From Verrucomicrobiota bacterium (lineage in GTDB: Bacteria; Verrucomicrobiota; Verrucomicrobiia; Limisphaerales; Palsa-1400): 64,000 nt of DNA. The notes below the pieces were generated by a model. The model searched no databases. It was not told the DNA's origin and saw nothing but the letters and a program-made list of their open reading frames with translations. Both the position numbers and the translations under genes were made by a program. Numbering within the stretch: position 1 is the first letter of the stretch; every line of letters starts with the position of its first letter. Shown here in pieces: positions 19,018 through 28,265 of the stretch. Location: NCBI GenBank assembly GCA_049510745.1, contig JBEKYR010000022.1, positions 1 to 64,000 on the forward strand. The letters run 5' to 3'.

Positions 19018-20055
19018 TCATGGATGTGCCGCCAGCAGTTCGTTGGCTTTTGCCACCACCGCGAAGGCGTCGGCCACGTAAAGCACGTCGGCCTTGCCGC
19101 GCGCCCAGCCGCAGTTCGGGTCGAGGCTGATGGCGCGGCGCTCGCCGATGAAACGCCAGCCGACTGTATGCGGCTCTTCGCCGTGGCAGCAGGTGCTCAA
19201 ACCTTTGGCGTGCCGCGGGGTCGCGCCGGTCTGGCCGATCTGGTTCAGATGGGAGAGGAACGGCAGCACCGCCTGCCCTTCGCCGCCCAAATCCACCAGC
19301 GATTTGCTGCTGCCCAGCGAAGCGCGCGTGACCTTGAGAAAATCGAGGATCAACTTCTCCGCCTCGGGAACGTGCGTCCGGCCATCGGCCTGTTTCTTCG
19401 TCCAGCCCGCGCCGGTGACGAAGAGCAGGGGCGCGTCGGGACGGATGGTTTGCGCGTCGGCCTTCGGCTCGCGGATGCCAACCACCGTGGTGCGCGGGCC
19501 GGCCCCGGCCAGGTTGACCGGAACCATTTCAACCGCCGCCGCGCCCGCGCCGCAGTCGCACGCCGTCTGGCTGCCGGGGTCAATGAGCATGAACCACGGA
19601 CGCTGCGTTCTGGTCAGCGTGGCCTCCATCCGCTGGCGATAGAACCAGCGGCTGACCGCAGGCTTCCCGCCGGCGTCGCCGATGCCGGTCACATGCGAAT
19701 CCACCCGTCCGCCTAACCGTTGCGCAACCCCGGCCAAAACGCGATTCCAGCGTGAAGTGGCCGGAGCGACGACCAGGGTGGCCTGCGCCGCCCGGCAGAG
19801 GGCTTCCGCCGCCGCCGCGTCCGTGCAATAGCGCGACTGGCCAAATTCCGCGCCCGCCACGCCGAAATACTTGGTGGCGGGACAGGCGGCGATGGAATCC
19901 GCCGCCGCTTGCACGCTTTCGCCGGCCAGCCCAACGAACAGATTCGACCCGGCGATGGCTTTGTTCAGAGCGCGCGCGGCGTGCAACGCTTCGCGGGCGG
20001 TCCTGGCGAGCGCGCCGCCGGCTTCGACGTGAGCGAGAAGAAGAATGGTTTCCAT
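19018..20055 (-). CDS. etfA: Electron transfer flavoprotein alpha subunit (FixB-like, divergent)
   Basis: SRWFYRQR, GAGW, LGSSKSLVD, QIGQTG, AISLDPNC...KADV; follows etfB. Confidence 0.82.
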   Translation of the reverse strand: METILLLAHVEAGGALARTAREALHAARALNKAIAGSNLFVGLAGESVQAAADSIAACPATKYFGVAGAEFGQSRYCTDAAAAEALCRAAQATLVVAPATSRWNRVLAGVAQRLGGRVDSHVTGIGDAGGKPAVSRWFYRQRMEATLTRTQRPWFMLIDPGSQTACDCGAGAAAVEMVPVNLAGAGPRTTVVGIREPKADAQTIRPDAPLLFVTGAGWTKKQADGRTHVPEAEKLILDFLKVTRASLGSSKSLVDLGGEGQAVLPFLSHLNQIGQTGATPRHAKGLSTCCHGEEPHTVGWRFIGERRAISLDPNCGWARGKADVLYVADAFAVVAKANELLAAHP

Positions 20056-20060
20056 GATAA

Positions 20061-20091
20061 TTTTTGGGCCTTTTGCGCCTTTTTGCGGCAA
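20061..20091. repeat. Short degenerate tandem repeat (TTTTGCGCC-like) in the etfB-etfA spacer
   Basis: tttttgggcc ttttgcgcct ttttgcggca. Confidence 0.55.
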
Positions 20092-20096
20092 CGTTT

Positions 20097-20906
20097 TTAT
20101 TTCTTGATCCACTCGACGATTTCCTTCGCAATGTCGTCAGGCGATTGGTCCTTGACGATTCTGGTGGCGCGAAGCTGTTTGGGCAGCGTCACGCTCGCGA
20201 ACGTCAGTCCTTCGCTCGTGAGTTTCGCCGATTTGGCCTTCTGCAACGCCGGCATGACGGTGCGCATGTTGGCCGTCCCGACCTGTGGATTATTTTTCGG
20301 CTCGGGCAAATTGCCCGTGGCCCACCCCAGCAACGCCGGCGGCCCGGCACACTTGGACACCTGATGCCTGCCGCCTTCGATGCGCTCCAGAATTTCCAGC
20401 GAGCCGTCCGGGTTTACTTTCAGTTCGTCCACGCCTTGAAACTGATCCACGATGCCCAGCCGTTCGCCGACCATTTGCATCGTCGCGCCCGCGCCGCGCG
20501 AGGCGGATTCCCAGCCGCCGAAAACGAGCAGCCGGGATTTGTCGAGGCCGGAAATGGTCTGGATGGCCTCAGCCAAAGCGGCGGCGACTTCAGCCGCCTC
20601 GGTGAAACCGCTGGCCGGACCGTCGAGTGCCACGAGTTCAAAGGGCACTTTCTGCGCGACGGTCATCATCACCTGCTGGAGCTTGGCCTTCGGGCCGAGG
20701 CTGACGAGCCAGACCTTGCTGCCGGGGGCGTTCCTGGCCAGGTTCGCCGCCTCGTAAAGCGCGTGGCCCGCCCACGGATCGAGGACGGCGGGCAGCATCA
20801 TTTCATTTTTCAACGCCGGGCCGGCCGGCGACGCTATGGGTTCCAGCGTCTGCAACGGATCGGGCACGATGCCGGCGCAAACGATGATTTGGTATGCGGC
20901 GCTCAT
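20097..20906 (-). CDS. etfB: Electron transfer flavoprotein beta subunit (FixA-like)
   Basis: IIVCAGIVPDP, LDPWAGHALYEA, SLGP, GGWES..G, ERIEGG. Confidence 0.85.
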   Translation of the reverse strand: MSAAYQIIVCAGIVPDPLQTLEPIASPAGPALKNEMMLPAVLDPWAGHALYEAANLARNAPGSKVWLVSLGPKAKLQQVMMTVAQKVPFELVALDGPASGFTEAAEVAAALAEAIQTISGLDKSRLLVFGGWESASRGAGATMQMVGERLGIVDQFQGVDELKVNPDGSLEILERIEGGRHQVSKCAGPPALLGWATGNLPEPKNNPQVGTANMRTVMPALQKAKSAKLTSEGLTFASVTLPKQLRATRIVKDQSPDDIAKEIVEWIKK

Positions 20907-20916
20907 AAATGTTTCC

Positions 20917-21519
20917 TTACTTCAAGTCGTTTGGAAAACACCCGGCCACGATGGCCCGCACTTCCTGCAACCAGGCGGCGCGCTGTGCCGGCGTGCTTGT
21001 AATCACCACGGAGAACGTCCGCCGCCGGACATTCTTGACGCCGCACAAATCGAAGACGCATTTTTTCCAGAGCGTCTGCAACGGGTCGCCAAAGATTTCC
21101 CGCTCGCGGTCATCCGGCGTGTTGGCGGTGTTGAAAACAACCGCGGCTTTGGCCTTGAGCAGGCCGAGCGGAACGCCCTCGCCCTGATCGTTGGCGACAA
21201 ACCGGTAGGCCACTTCCGGCCGCAGCACGCGGTCGATCCACCCCTTCAAAATCGCCGGCGGCATGCCCCACCAGTTCGGATGCACGATGATGATGCCGCC
21301 GGCTTGGGCGATTTCGTTGCAATGACGGACAATGGCCGGATCGAGCTTCGCGTTGGCCTGCAATTCGGCGGCGGAAAAGAGCGGCGGAAATTGTTCCTGG
21401 TATAGATCGTGGAGCACGGCTTCGTGGCCGTTCTGGCGAAGCGCTTCCGCCGCCGTGTTGGCGATGGCGTGGTTGAAACTTCCGGGATTCGGATGGGCGA
21501 GGATGATCGAGATGTTCAT
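20917..21519 (-). CDS. NAD(P)H-dependent (quinone) oxidoreductase, flavodoxin-like fold
   Basis: ILAHPNPGSFNHAI, DLY, HPNWWGMPPAILKGWIDRV. Confidence 0.92.
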   Translation of the reverse strand: MNISIILAHPNPGSFNHAIANTAAEALRQNGHEAVLHDLYQEQFPPLFSAAELQANAKLDPAIVRHCNEIAQAGGIIIVHPNWWGMPPAILKGWIDRVLRPEVAYRFVANDQGEGVPLGLLKAKAAVVFNTANTPDDREREIFGDPLQTLWKKCVFDLCGVKNVRRRTFSVVITSTPAQRAAWLQEVRAIVAGCFPNDLK

Positions 21520-21569
21520 TAATTTTCGGCTGAATGTAATCCGCCCGTGCCGGCGCGCAAGGCGACAGA
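21519..21569 (-). repeat. Orphan duplicate of the last 17 codons of the ETF-QO gene (SVALRAGTGGLHSAEN*)
   Basis: Aligns to 22267-22317 (SVAFRAGTGGLRSAEN*) with 10 differences in 51 nt; its TAA overlaps the ATG of the next gene. Confidence 0.88.
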
Positions 21570-21574
21570 CGTGC

Positions 21575-21991
21575 TTACGGGGTCACCAGCGCCACCTTCG
21601 GGAAATATCTTTTGAACCGCTCCTGGTCGCGCGTGGCAAGCTTCCAGCCCATGATTTGCGCCTGCGCGCCGATGAAGAAGTCCGGCAGCGGCATTTTGGG
21701 GGGCGCACTGCCGCCGGAGCCGCGCCGCGCTGTGACATAGCGGCGATAAGCCTTGCCGCAAATGACCGCCACCGCGGCAGGCACATCATGCACGGTGATT
21801 CCCAGGCGTTTGACTTCCGGTTCCACCTCTTCCGGGTCGCGCGCTCCGGCGCACAGTTCCGCCAGTGTCACCACACTGATTCCCCCGCCTTCGGCCACCA
21901 CGGCGTCCTCAATCTGCTTTTTCGCCCACGCGTGGTGCGGCTGGCTCTTGTCGAGGGCATCCACAATTACGTTGGTGTCCAACAGGATCAT
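21575..21991 (-). CDS. vapC: VapC-like PIN-domain toxin
   Basis: MILLDTNVIVD, VTLAEL, LPDFFIGAQA, LATRD..RF..YFP. Confidence 0.9.
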   Translation of the reverse strand: MILLDTNVIVDALDKSQPHHAWAKKQIEDAVVAEGGGISVVTLAELCAGARDPEEVEPEVKRLGITVHDVPAAVAVICGKAYRRYVTARRGSGGSAPPKMPLPDFFIGAQAQIMGWKLATRDQERFKRYFPKVALVTP

Positions 21992-22218
21992 GGCTCGCGC
22001 GTCATCTCGCGCAGTTCGTCCCACGACAGGTCAAACTTCAGCTTGGAAGCCGCGATGGCCTTGCGCACCTCCGCCCGGTTTTTTTTCTTCGGCGGAGCCG
22101 GTTTGTTCAGGCGCACCAAAAGGAAATGGCCGTTGCCTTCGTCCTCCCATGCAAACACATCGCCCGGCCGGGCGCCTGGCATGACCACCCGCTTCTTGCT
22201 GTCGGCGATTACCGTCAT
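21988..22218 (-). CDS. Putative AbrB/MazE-like antitoxin
   Basis: 76 aa, DSKKRVVMPGARPGDVF; ATGA overlap with the toxin. Confidence 0.75.
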   Translation of the reverse strand: MTVIADSKKRVVMPGARPGDVFAWEDEGNGHFLLVRLNKPAPPKKKNRAEVRKAIAASKLKFDLSWDELREMTREP

Positions 22219-22266
22219 GGTGGGATAATCCCACATTTACGGCTGGGATGCAAGCGCGTTTCCGAT

Positions 22267-24138
22267 TCAATTCTCCGCCGAGCGCAATCCCCCCGTGCCG
22301 GCGCGGAAGGCGACGGACATGCGTTCGGGATTTTCCGGCGAGGCGGAGGCGCAGTTCCACAGGCACGCGCCGCAGTGAACGCATTTCTCGCGGTCGAAAT
22401 TCGGCACGCCGTTTTCGCCGGGCGTGATGGCCTGGCCGGAACAGACCTCAACGCACAGCTTGGTGCCGCACTGCTGGCATTGGTTCGGAAAAACAAACGC
22501 GACGTGATCGGCGTAACCGTGCGGGGCCTGCACTTTCCCGCCCATCAGCAATGCGTCCTGATGCGAGACGAGCAACTGGCCGTCGTAGGGAATCGCCGGC
22601 CAGCCCGCCCGTTCCATGAGCGCGGCGTGCGCGGAAACGCCGCGCGCGTAACAGTCGTCGCGAATCCGCCGCACTTCGCCGGGCGGGATGCGGCCGCGGA
22701 AATAATCTTCGAGCGAGGGAATGCGTTCCCAGGGATGCAGCGGTTTGCCGGGCAGGACGAGCCGTCCGCCGCTCAAACCGGCCAGCGCCATGCCAATCAT
22801 TCCGGGGACGACGCCGCGTTGAAAACCGTCGCGCGATTTCTCGGCAGCGCGAGCTTCCTGTTCCACCCAGCTCGCGCGGCGGCGTTGCACGTAGGTCGCT
22901 TCGAGATTTTCCTTCGTGAAAGGTTTCTTCGCCTTGAGCAATTCGAGCACGGCGTGGGCGAGTTGCGCGCCGCTGGCCCAGGCCTCGTCCACGCCCGATC
23001 CGGTAAGGACGTTGGTGCTGCCGCTGCCTTCGCCGATGCGCGCGTAGCCGTCGCCGGCCAGATGCGGTTCGCCGCGGCGGCCGGATTCGCCGAGCGTCTT
23101 GGCGCCCCAGGACCGGAGTTTGCCGCCCTTGAGAAAATGCCAGAGATACGGGTGCGTCATCCAATGCTGAAGGTAGCGGTAGGTCGTGCGCACGGGGCTG
23201 TCAAACCACGACGGGACGAAGATGCCGAGGGAAGCGACGCGGTCGGGATGGACGTAGAGGAATCCGAAGATTTCCGGCTCGGGATAGCCGAAGGTGTGCA
23301 GCACCGTGCCCGGTTTGAGCGGCGTGTCCTCCGGCAAATCCACGACGAACTTCATGCCCACCGCCCAGTCGCGCGCGTGATGGTTTTCCGGCAGACCGAA
23401 AAGGTCATCCAATTGCCGGCCGACCGGGCCGACCGGGCCGTCGCCCACAACGGTCAGCGCGGCGTGGATGTCCATGCCCGGCGTGAAGCCGTCGGCGGGC
23501 GCGCCTTGTTTGGTCACGCCTTGATCGAGCAGGCGGACGCCGACGACTTTTTTGTTTTCGATGAGCGCCTGCGAGACGGGCGTGCCGGGCCAGATTTGAA
23601 CCGTGCCCGTGCTTTGCACCCGCGCGCCGACCCATTGCATGAATTGTCCCATCGAGAGCACCATCCCGCCGCGCTTGTGGAGGAAGCCGGGCGTCCACGG
23701 CAGATTCAACGCCTCGCGCTCGAATGGCAGCGCCCATTTGCAGGCGTGAATGAAGCCGTCGGCCAGCCGCAGCATGGCCGGGCGCCGGCTCGCGCCGACG
23801 GGATCGAGCAGGTAAAGCACTTTCTCTTCGCCGACCGGCGCGGCCATTGGGATGCCGGCCTTGTCAATATCCGGGATGCTCGCCCGCAAGGCGCGGGCTT
23901 TGGTGACCACGCCGGAAACGCCGAAGCCGATGTCGTCCGCGCGCTCGTAGCAAAGCACCTGCGGCGGCAGGCCAGGCGCGACGGCGCTTTCGACAGCGGG
24001 CGTGCCGTCGGCATTGAGGAGTTGTTTGGACAGCGTGGTAAGGAACCCGGCTGTCGCCGGGCCGAATCCGACGCAAACGATGTCCGCGTCGATGCGGGGG
24101 CGGTCAATGGTCGAGGTTTCTGGTGCTGGCTGCGACAT
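22267..24138 (-). CDS. ETF:quinone oxidoreductase-like flavoprotein with C-terminal 4Fe-4S ferredoxin (FixCX-like)
   Basis: DIVCVGFGPA, GMKFVV, WGAKTL.ESG, CQQC...CVEVC...EKCVHCGAC...GTGGL. Confidence 0.88.
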   Translation of the reverse strand: MSQPAPETSTIDRPRIDADIVCVGFGPATAGFLTTLSKQLLNADGTPAVESAVAPGLPPQVLCYERADDIGFGVSGVVTKARALRASIPDIDKAGIPMAAPVGEEKVLYLLDPVGASRRPAMLRLADGFIHACKWALPFEREALNLPWTPGFLHKRGGMVLSMGQFMQWVGARVQSTGTVQIWPGTPVSQALIENKKVVGVRLLDQGVTKQGAPADGFTPGMDIHAALTVVGDGPVGPVGRQLDDLFGLPENHHARDWAVGMKFVVDLPEDTPLKPGTVLHTFGYPEPEIFGFLYVHPDRVASLGIFVPSWFDSPVRTTYRYLQHWMTHPYLWHFLKGGKLRSWGAKTLGESGRRGEPHLAGDGYARIGEGSGSTNVLTGSGVDEAWASGAQLAHAVLELLKAKKPFTKENLEATYVQRRRASWVEQEARAAEKSRDGFQRGVVPGMIGMALAGLSGGRLVLPGKPLHPWERIPSLEDYFRGRIPPGEVRRIRDDCYARGVSAHAALMERAGWPAIPYDGQLLVSHQDALLMGGKVQAPHGYADHVAFVFPNQCQQCGTKLCVEVCSGQAITPGENGVPNFDREKCVHCGACLWNCASASPENPERMSVAFRAGTGGLRSAEN

Positions 24139-24415
24139 TTGCGAATTTGTTTCGTTTCATTGTTTCCCGGCGAACCGGCGGCCGACTTGAGGTCACAAAT
24201 TGTGACCTCAAGATTGCCACCTCTTGATTTGTAAGCTGAAATGCAAAGTCGACCGGGAACCGATCCTGATTTCGTTTGACTGCCTGATTCAGCCGCTTCG
24301 TCGTCACCCCATACACCTGTGCCAGATCGGCATCCAGAATGACTCTCTGGCCGCGAATGAGGTGGATTAGAATTTCGACGGGTTCAATCTGCAAATTGGT
24401 GTGCCCTGTCTTCAT
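24104..24415 (-). pseudogene. Truncated ORF6N-domain DNA-binding protein
   Basis: IHLIRGQRVILDADLAQVYGVTTKRLNQAVKRNQDRFPVDFAFQLT...LRSQFVTSS; the usual GGRRY.PYAFTE.G half is absent. Confidence 0.85.
24186..24212. repeat. Perfect 13-bp inverted repeat CTTGAGGTCACAA-A-TTGTGACCTCAAG inside ORF6N
   Basis: Read directly. Confidence 0.95.
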
Positions 24416-24421
24416 GCCGTT

Positions 24422-26620
24422 TCACGCCGGATAATCCAGCGCCTCGCGCGTCATCACCTTGGTCAGCGAGTCGGCGGCGCGGTCTTTGGCGAGGCGGCAG
24501 CCGGTGAGGCAGGTGTCAAGCTTTGCGCGCAGAGCGACGAACCCTTCCAGTCCTTCGCAGGTCACGCACGGGCCGGCTTTGGGCGGATGCGCTTCGCCGG
24601 GTTCGGCCACGTCGGAATAGGCGCGGGCCGAGCCGTCGATGCCGGGAATGATGCCTTCGAGCGCCGTGAGTTCCTCGGCGCCGTAACAGCCCTGGCAACT
24701 CGCTTCGTCCCACGCGGGGTGGCGATTGTAGCCGTGAACGATTTCGGCGGAGATGCGTCCGACTTCGCCCGCGGCGCGGGCCGTTTGCACGTGGCAAAGG
24801 TCAGTGAAGAACGCCACCGTGCCGGCGAGTCCGTCGGCCAGCGCGGGGTTTTGCGCGCCCTTGGTTTCCAGCTCGATGACGTCGAGGATGAATTGCCGCG
24901 CGGCCAGCAACCAGCACAGCGCGTCGGCCAGCGGGAAGGTCACGCCCTGGCGCGTCTTGTGGTAAAGCTTGGCGCCGCCGGCATCGGTGGCCGTTTGCAC
25001 GTGTTGTAACGTCCAAAGCCAGAGTTTCATGGCCGTGCCGAGCGCGCAGGCGCCGGTGCCGGGGCGATCGGAGGCGATGCGTTTCATTTCGGTGATCCAT
25101 TGCCGGAACTGGGCGAGGAACAGTTCGTTGGTCATGGTGATGGAAAGCTGCAAACGCTGCACCGCCTCCGGGCCTTCGTAGGTGGCTTCCAGTTGGGCGT
25201 CCATCCATTTCTGGCCGAGGAACCCGGGGCAATCCTCGGTCAGGCCGTAGCCGCCCATGAGGCTGACGGCTTCGCGCATCATGTTGGCGCCGTGGCCGGT
25301 GTTCCAAAGCTTGCAGGCGGGGCAAAGGACGTTGGCGAGCGAATCGAGTTGGGCGAACCCGGCGAGCGGACTTTCAACCGGCTTATGCGCGTTGAGCAAC
25401 TGCAACGCTTCCTCCTGAGCCTTGGCCAATTCCTTGAACGCGGCGCGGCCGGCCAGTTTTTTCCCGGCAAGGATGCGGTCCTTTTCCTTTTCCAGCGGGT
25501 CGAGTTGGTCGAACAATCGCGCCGCCTCGAAGCCCAGCGACGCGCTGGCCTCGCCCGTGGCCCAGACGTCCACCAGGCGGTGAAGGGCGTCTTGCTTTTG
25601 CTGGATGCCCAGTTCGTAACGCGGCGTGCCGGGCGCGCCCTGGCCGCCGCGAAAGCGCCGGCGGTGATAAAGAATCACCGGCTCAACGGCGGAAAGCAGT
25701 TTGGCCGCAGTCATCAAGCCGACGGTCACGCGGGTGCGGCGGAAGACGGCTTCAATGATTTCGCTGTGCGAGTAGTTCGGGATGATGACCCCATCCTGAA
25801 TGGTGTAGCCGCCGACGATCCGGCTGGCGGGCACTTTGAGGTTGAAGACCGGATCGTTGGTGGAGGAAAGCTGGTGAACGAGTTTTTTTGTCGGCGTGCC
25901 GCGATCCCAGGTGCCCGGATCGCCTTCTTCCAAAATCACCATGCAACTGCCCTTGAGCTTGGGGTCGTCGGACTCGACGGCGGCGGTGACGACGTTGGCA
26001 AAACCCATGTTGGTGATGAAGCGGCCGCGTTTGTTGACTTGCAGGAGCGGTTCCCGGCCCTCCTGCCATTCGGCGATGCGCACTTTGCCGGCCAACATGC
26101 CGGTCTCGACGCCCACGAACGGAATGGGTTCGGTGAGCGCGAAGGCGGCGCGAACCTGCCGGCGGCTTTCGCCGGGCTTGAGCGGAGCGGCGTTGGCCAC
26201 ATATTTGGCGCGTTGCTCCGGCGTGCCGCGCTCGTGAATCGGGGCCAGGCCGAGCTGGCCCGCCAGACTGCTGGTGGCCGCGCCCGCGTCCACCCAGGAT
26301 AATTCAAACGCGATCAGCGCCAGCGCGAGATTCTTTGGCCCGGCGATGAACCCGCCCTGTTCCGGATCGAGGAACGCGGCGGTGATGCCGCTTTCGTCGA
26401 AGTGCGGCAGGAGACTGGCCTTGGCCGCCGTCCACTCGTGCGAGTTGCGGCCGCCGTTGGCGACGAGCCTGGCGACCGGCCCGCGGGCGACGCCGCGGGC
26501 GGCTTGCACGAGCATGTGCAGTTCGTAACGGTCGGCAAAGCGCCACATGATCTGGCGGAGATCGTCGGAGGGCAGCGTGGTCAGCGCCGGGGAGAGTCTT
26601 TCTTGAGCGATGTCATTCAT
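24422..26620 (-). CDS. Large acyl-CoA dehydrogenase family protein
   Basis: AFALTEP..G, GRFITN, AVSLMGGYG, ATYEGPEAVQ; Cys-rich C-terminal extension. Confidence 0.9.
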   Translation of the reverse strand: MNDIAQERLSPALTTLPSDDLRQIMWRFADRYELHMLVQAARGVARGPVARLVANGGRNSHEWTAAKASLLPHFDESGITAAFLDPEQGGFIAGPKNLALALIAFELSWVDAGAATSSLAGQLGLAPIHERGTPEQRAKYVANAAPLKPGESRRQVRAAFALTEPIPFVGVETGMLAGKVRIAEWQEGREPLLQVNKRGRFITNMGFANVVTAAVESDDPKLKGSCMVILEEGDPGTWDRGTPTKKLVHQLSSTNDPVFNLKVPASRIVGGYTIQDGVIIPNYSHSEIIEAVFRRTRVTVGLMTAAKLLSAVEPVILYHRRRFRGGQGAPGTPRYELGIQQKQDALHRLVDVWATGEASASLGFEAARLFDQLDPLEKEKDRILAGKKLAGRAAFKELAKAQEEALQLLNAHKPVESPLAGFAQLDSLANVLCPACKLWNTGHGANMMREAVSLMGGYGLTEDCPGFLGQKWMDAQLEATYEGPEAVQRLQLSITMTNELFLAQFRQWITEMKRIASDRPGTGACALGTAMKLWLWTLQHVQTATDAGGAKLYHKTRQGVTFPLADALCWLLAARQFILDVIELETKGAQNPALADGLAGTVAFFTDLCHVQTARAAGEVGRISAEIVHGYNRHPAWDEASCQGCYGAEELTALEGIIPGIDGSARAYSDVAEPGEAHPPKAGPCVTCEGLEGFVALRAKLDTCLTGCRLAKDRAADSLTKVMTREALDYPA

Positions 26621-26796
26621 ATTCTATTATCAGAGGTTTTCGCAGGGCAAATTTTCCATCACGATCCGGCCAGAGAGGGTCGGCGAGCGGGCCGTAAGAA
26701 TCAATCTTATTTCGCCGCGCCTGCAACGGTGCCGCGCGAATGAGCTTGCGGCGGCGCGCCCGGCTGAGTTTCATTGGCCGTCGCGAATTGAATCGG

Positions 26797-28257
26797 ATGC
26801 AGCATTATCCAAAACATTACTGCGGTGTTTTCGGCGTTTACGGCCATCCCAATGCCGCGGAACTGGCCTATTACGGGCTTTACGCCTTGCAGCATCGCGG
26901 CCAGGAAAGCGCCGGCATCGTCTCCTGCGACGGCCGCCAGTTCCGGGAATACAAGCGCATGGGGCTGGTCTCGCAGGTTTTCACCGGCGAAATCCTCCAC
27001 GGCCTGGTCGGCCACGTGGCCATCGGCCACACGCGCTATTCCACCACCGGCTCCTCCCACCTGCGCAACGCCCAGCCCCTGACCGGCGACGGCAAACGGG
27101 GGCAGATCGCCATCGCCCACAACGGCAACCTGACCAACGCCGCCAGATTGCGCGAGGAACTCGAGGAGAAGGGCGCGATTTTTACCACCACCGTCGATAG
27201 CGAAATCATTCTCCACCTCCTCTGCCAGCCCGCCGTCGATGGCAACGAGAACAACCTCCTGCAAACCGTCCGCCGGCTGGAAGGGGCTTATTCGCTGGCC
27301 ATCATGACCGAGCAGGAATTGATCGGCGTGCGCGACCCCTTCGGCTTCCGGCCGCTCTGCCTGGGCCGGGTGGGCGACGGCTGGGTCCTGTCCAGCGAAA
27401 GCTGCGCGCTGGATTTGATTTCGGCCAAATTCGAGCGGGACATCGAGCCGGGGGAAATAGTCATTATTGACAAAAAAGGCCCGCGCAGCCTGCAGGCCTT
27501 TCCCGCCCACGCCGCCCGCGCCTTCTGCATCTTCGAATACGTCTATTTCGCCCGGCCCGACAGCAACATCGCCGGGCGGAACGTCTATAAAGTGCGGGTG
27601 GAAATGGGGCGCGAACTGGCGCGCGAGCATCCCTTGGAGGCCGACGTGGTCGTGCCGGTGCCCGACAGCGGCAATTGCGCGGCCCTGGGCTACTCGCTGG
27701 AATCGAGAATCCCCTACGAAATGGCCTTCGTCCGCAACCACTACGTGGGCCGGAGCTTTTTGCAGCCCTCGCAGTTGATCCGGGACTTCAACGTGCGGGT
27801 AAAGCTCAACCTCATCACCGAACTGGTCAGGGGCCAGCGCGTCATCGTGGTGGATGATTCGATAGTGCGCGGGACGACCTGCAAGGCGCGCGTCAACAAT
27901 TTGAAAGAGGCGGGGGCGAAGGAGGTCCACGTGCTGGTCAGTTGTCCGCCGCACATGAACCCGTGCGTCTATGGGATTGATTTTCCCGACCGCCGCAAAC
28001 TGATGGCGGCCAACCACACGGTGGACGAAATCCGCCGTTATCTCAGCGCCGATTCCCTGGCCTATTTGTCGGAAGCGGGGATGGTGCGGGCGACCGGCCT
28101 GCCCGCCGATTCATTTTGCATGGCCTGCTACAACGGCAAGTATCCGGCGCCCTACGATCCGCAGGTGGACAAGCACATCATGGAGCGCCGCCGCGCGCGC
28201 ATCGAGGGGCTGACCGAGGGGCTGGAGAAGGAGAAGATGCAGATCACGCTCTTGTAG
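26797..28257 (+). CDS. purF: Amidophosphoribosyltransferase
   Basis: Short propeptide then CGVFG, LQHRGQESAG, GHTRYST, HNGNL, CIFEYVYFARPDS, VVDDSIVRGTT, CMAC. Confidence 0.97.
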   Translation: MQHYPKHYCGVFGVYGHPNAAELAYYGLYALQHRGQESAGIVSCDGRQFREYKRMGLVSQVFTGEILHGLVGHVAIGHTRYSTTGSSHLRNAQPLTGDGKRGQIAIAHNGNLTNAARLREELEEKGAIFTTTVDSEIILHLLCQPAVDGNENNLLQTVRRLEGAYSLAIMTEQELIGVRDPFGFRPLCLGRVGDGWVLSSESCALDLISAKFERDIEPGEIVIIDKKGPRSLQAFPAHAARAFCIFEYVYFARPDSNIAGRNVYKVRVEMGRELAREHPLEADVVVPVPDSGNCAALGYSLESRIPYEMAFVRNHYVGRSFLQPSQLIRDFNVRVKLNLITELVRGQRVIVVDDSIVRGTTCKARVNNLKEAGAKEVHVLVSCPPHMNPCVYGIDFPDRRKLMAANHTVDEIRRYLSADSLAYLSEAGMVRATGLPADSFCMACYNGKYPAPYDPQVDKHIMERRRARIEGLTEGLEKEKMQITLL

Positions 28258-28265
28258 GGTTTTCC

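Noticed and set aside
21519..21761. 80-aa ORF as a real gene
   Set aside because: Mostly an alternate frame of vapC; only the last 17 codons are meaningful as the duplicated gene end.
24150..24425. TGAAACG on both sides of ORF6N as a target-site duplication
   Set aside because: Only 7 bp and not exactly at the breakpoint; insufficient support.
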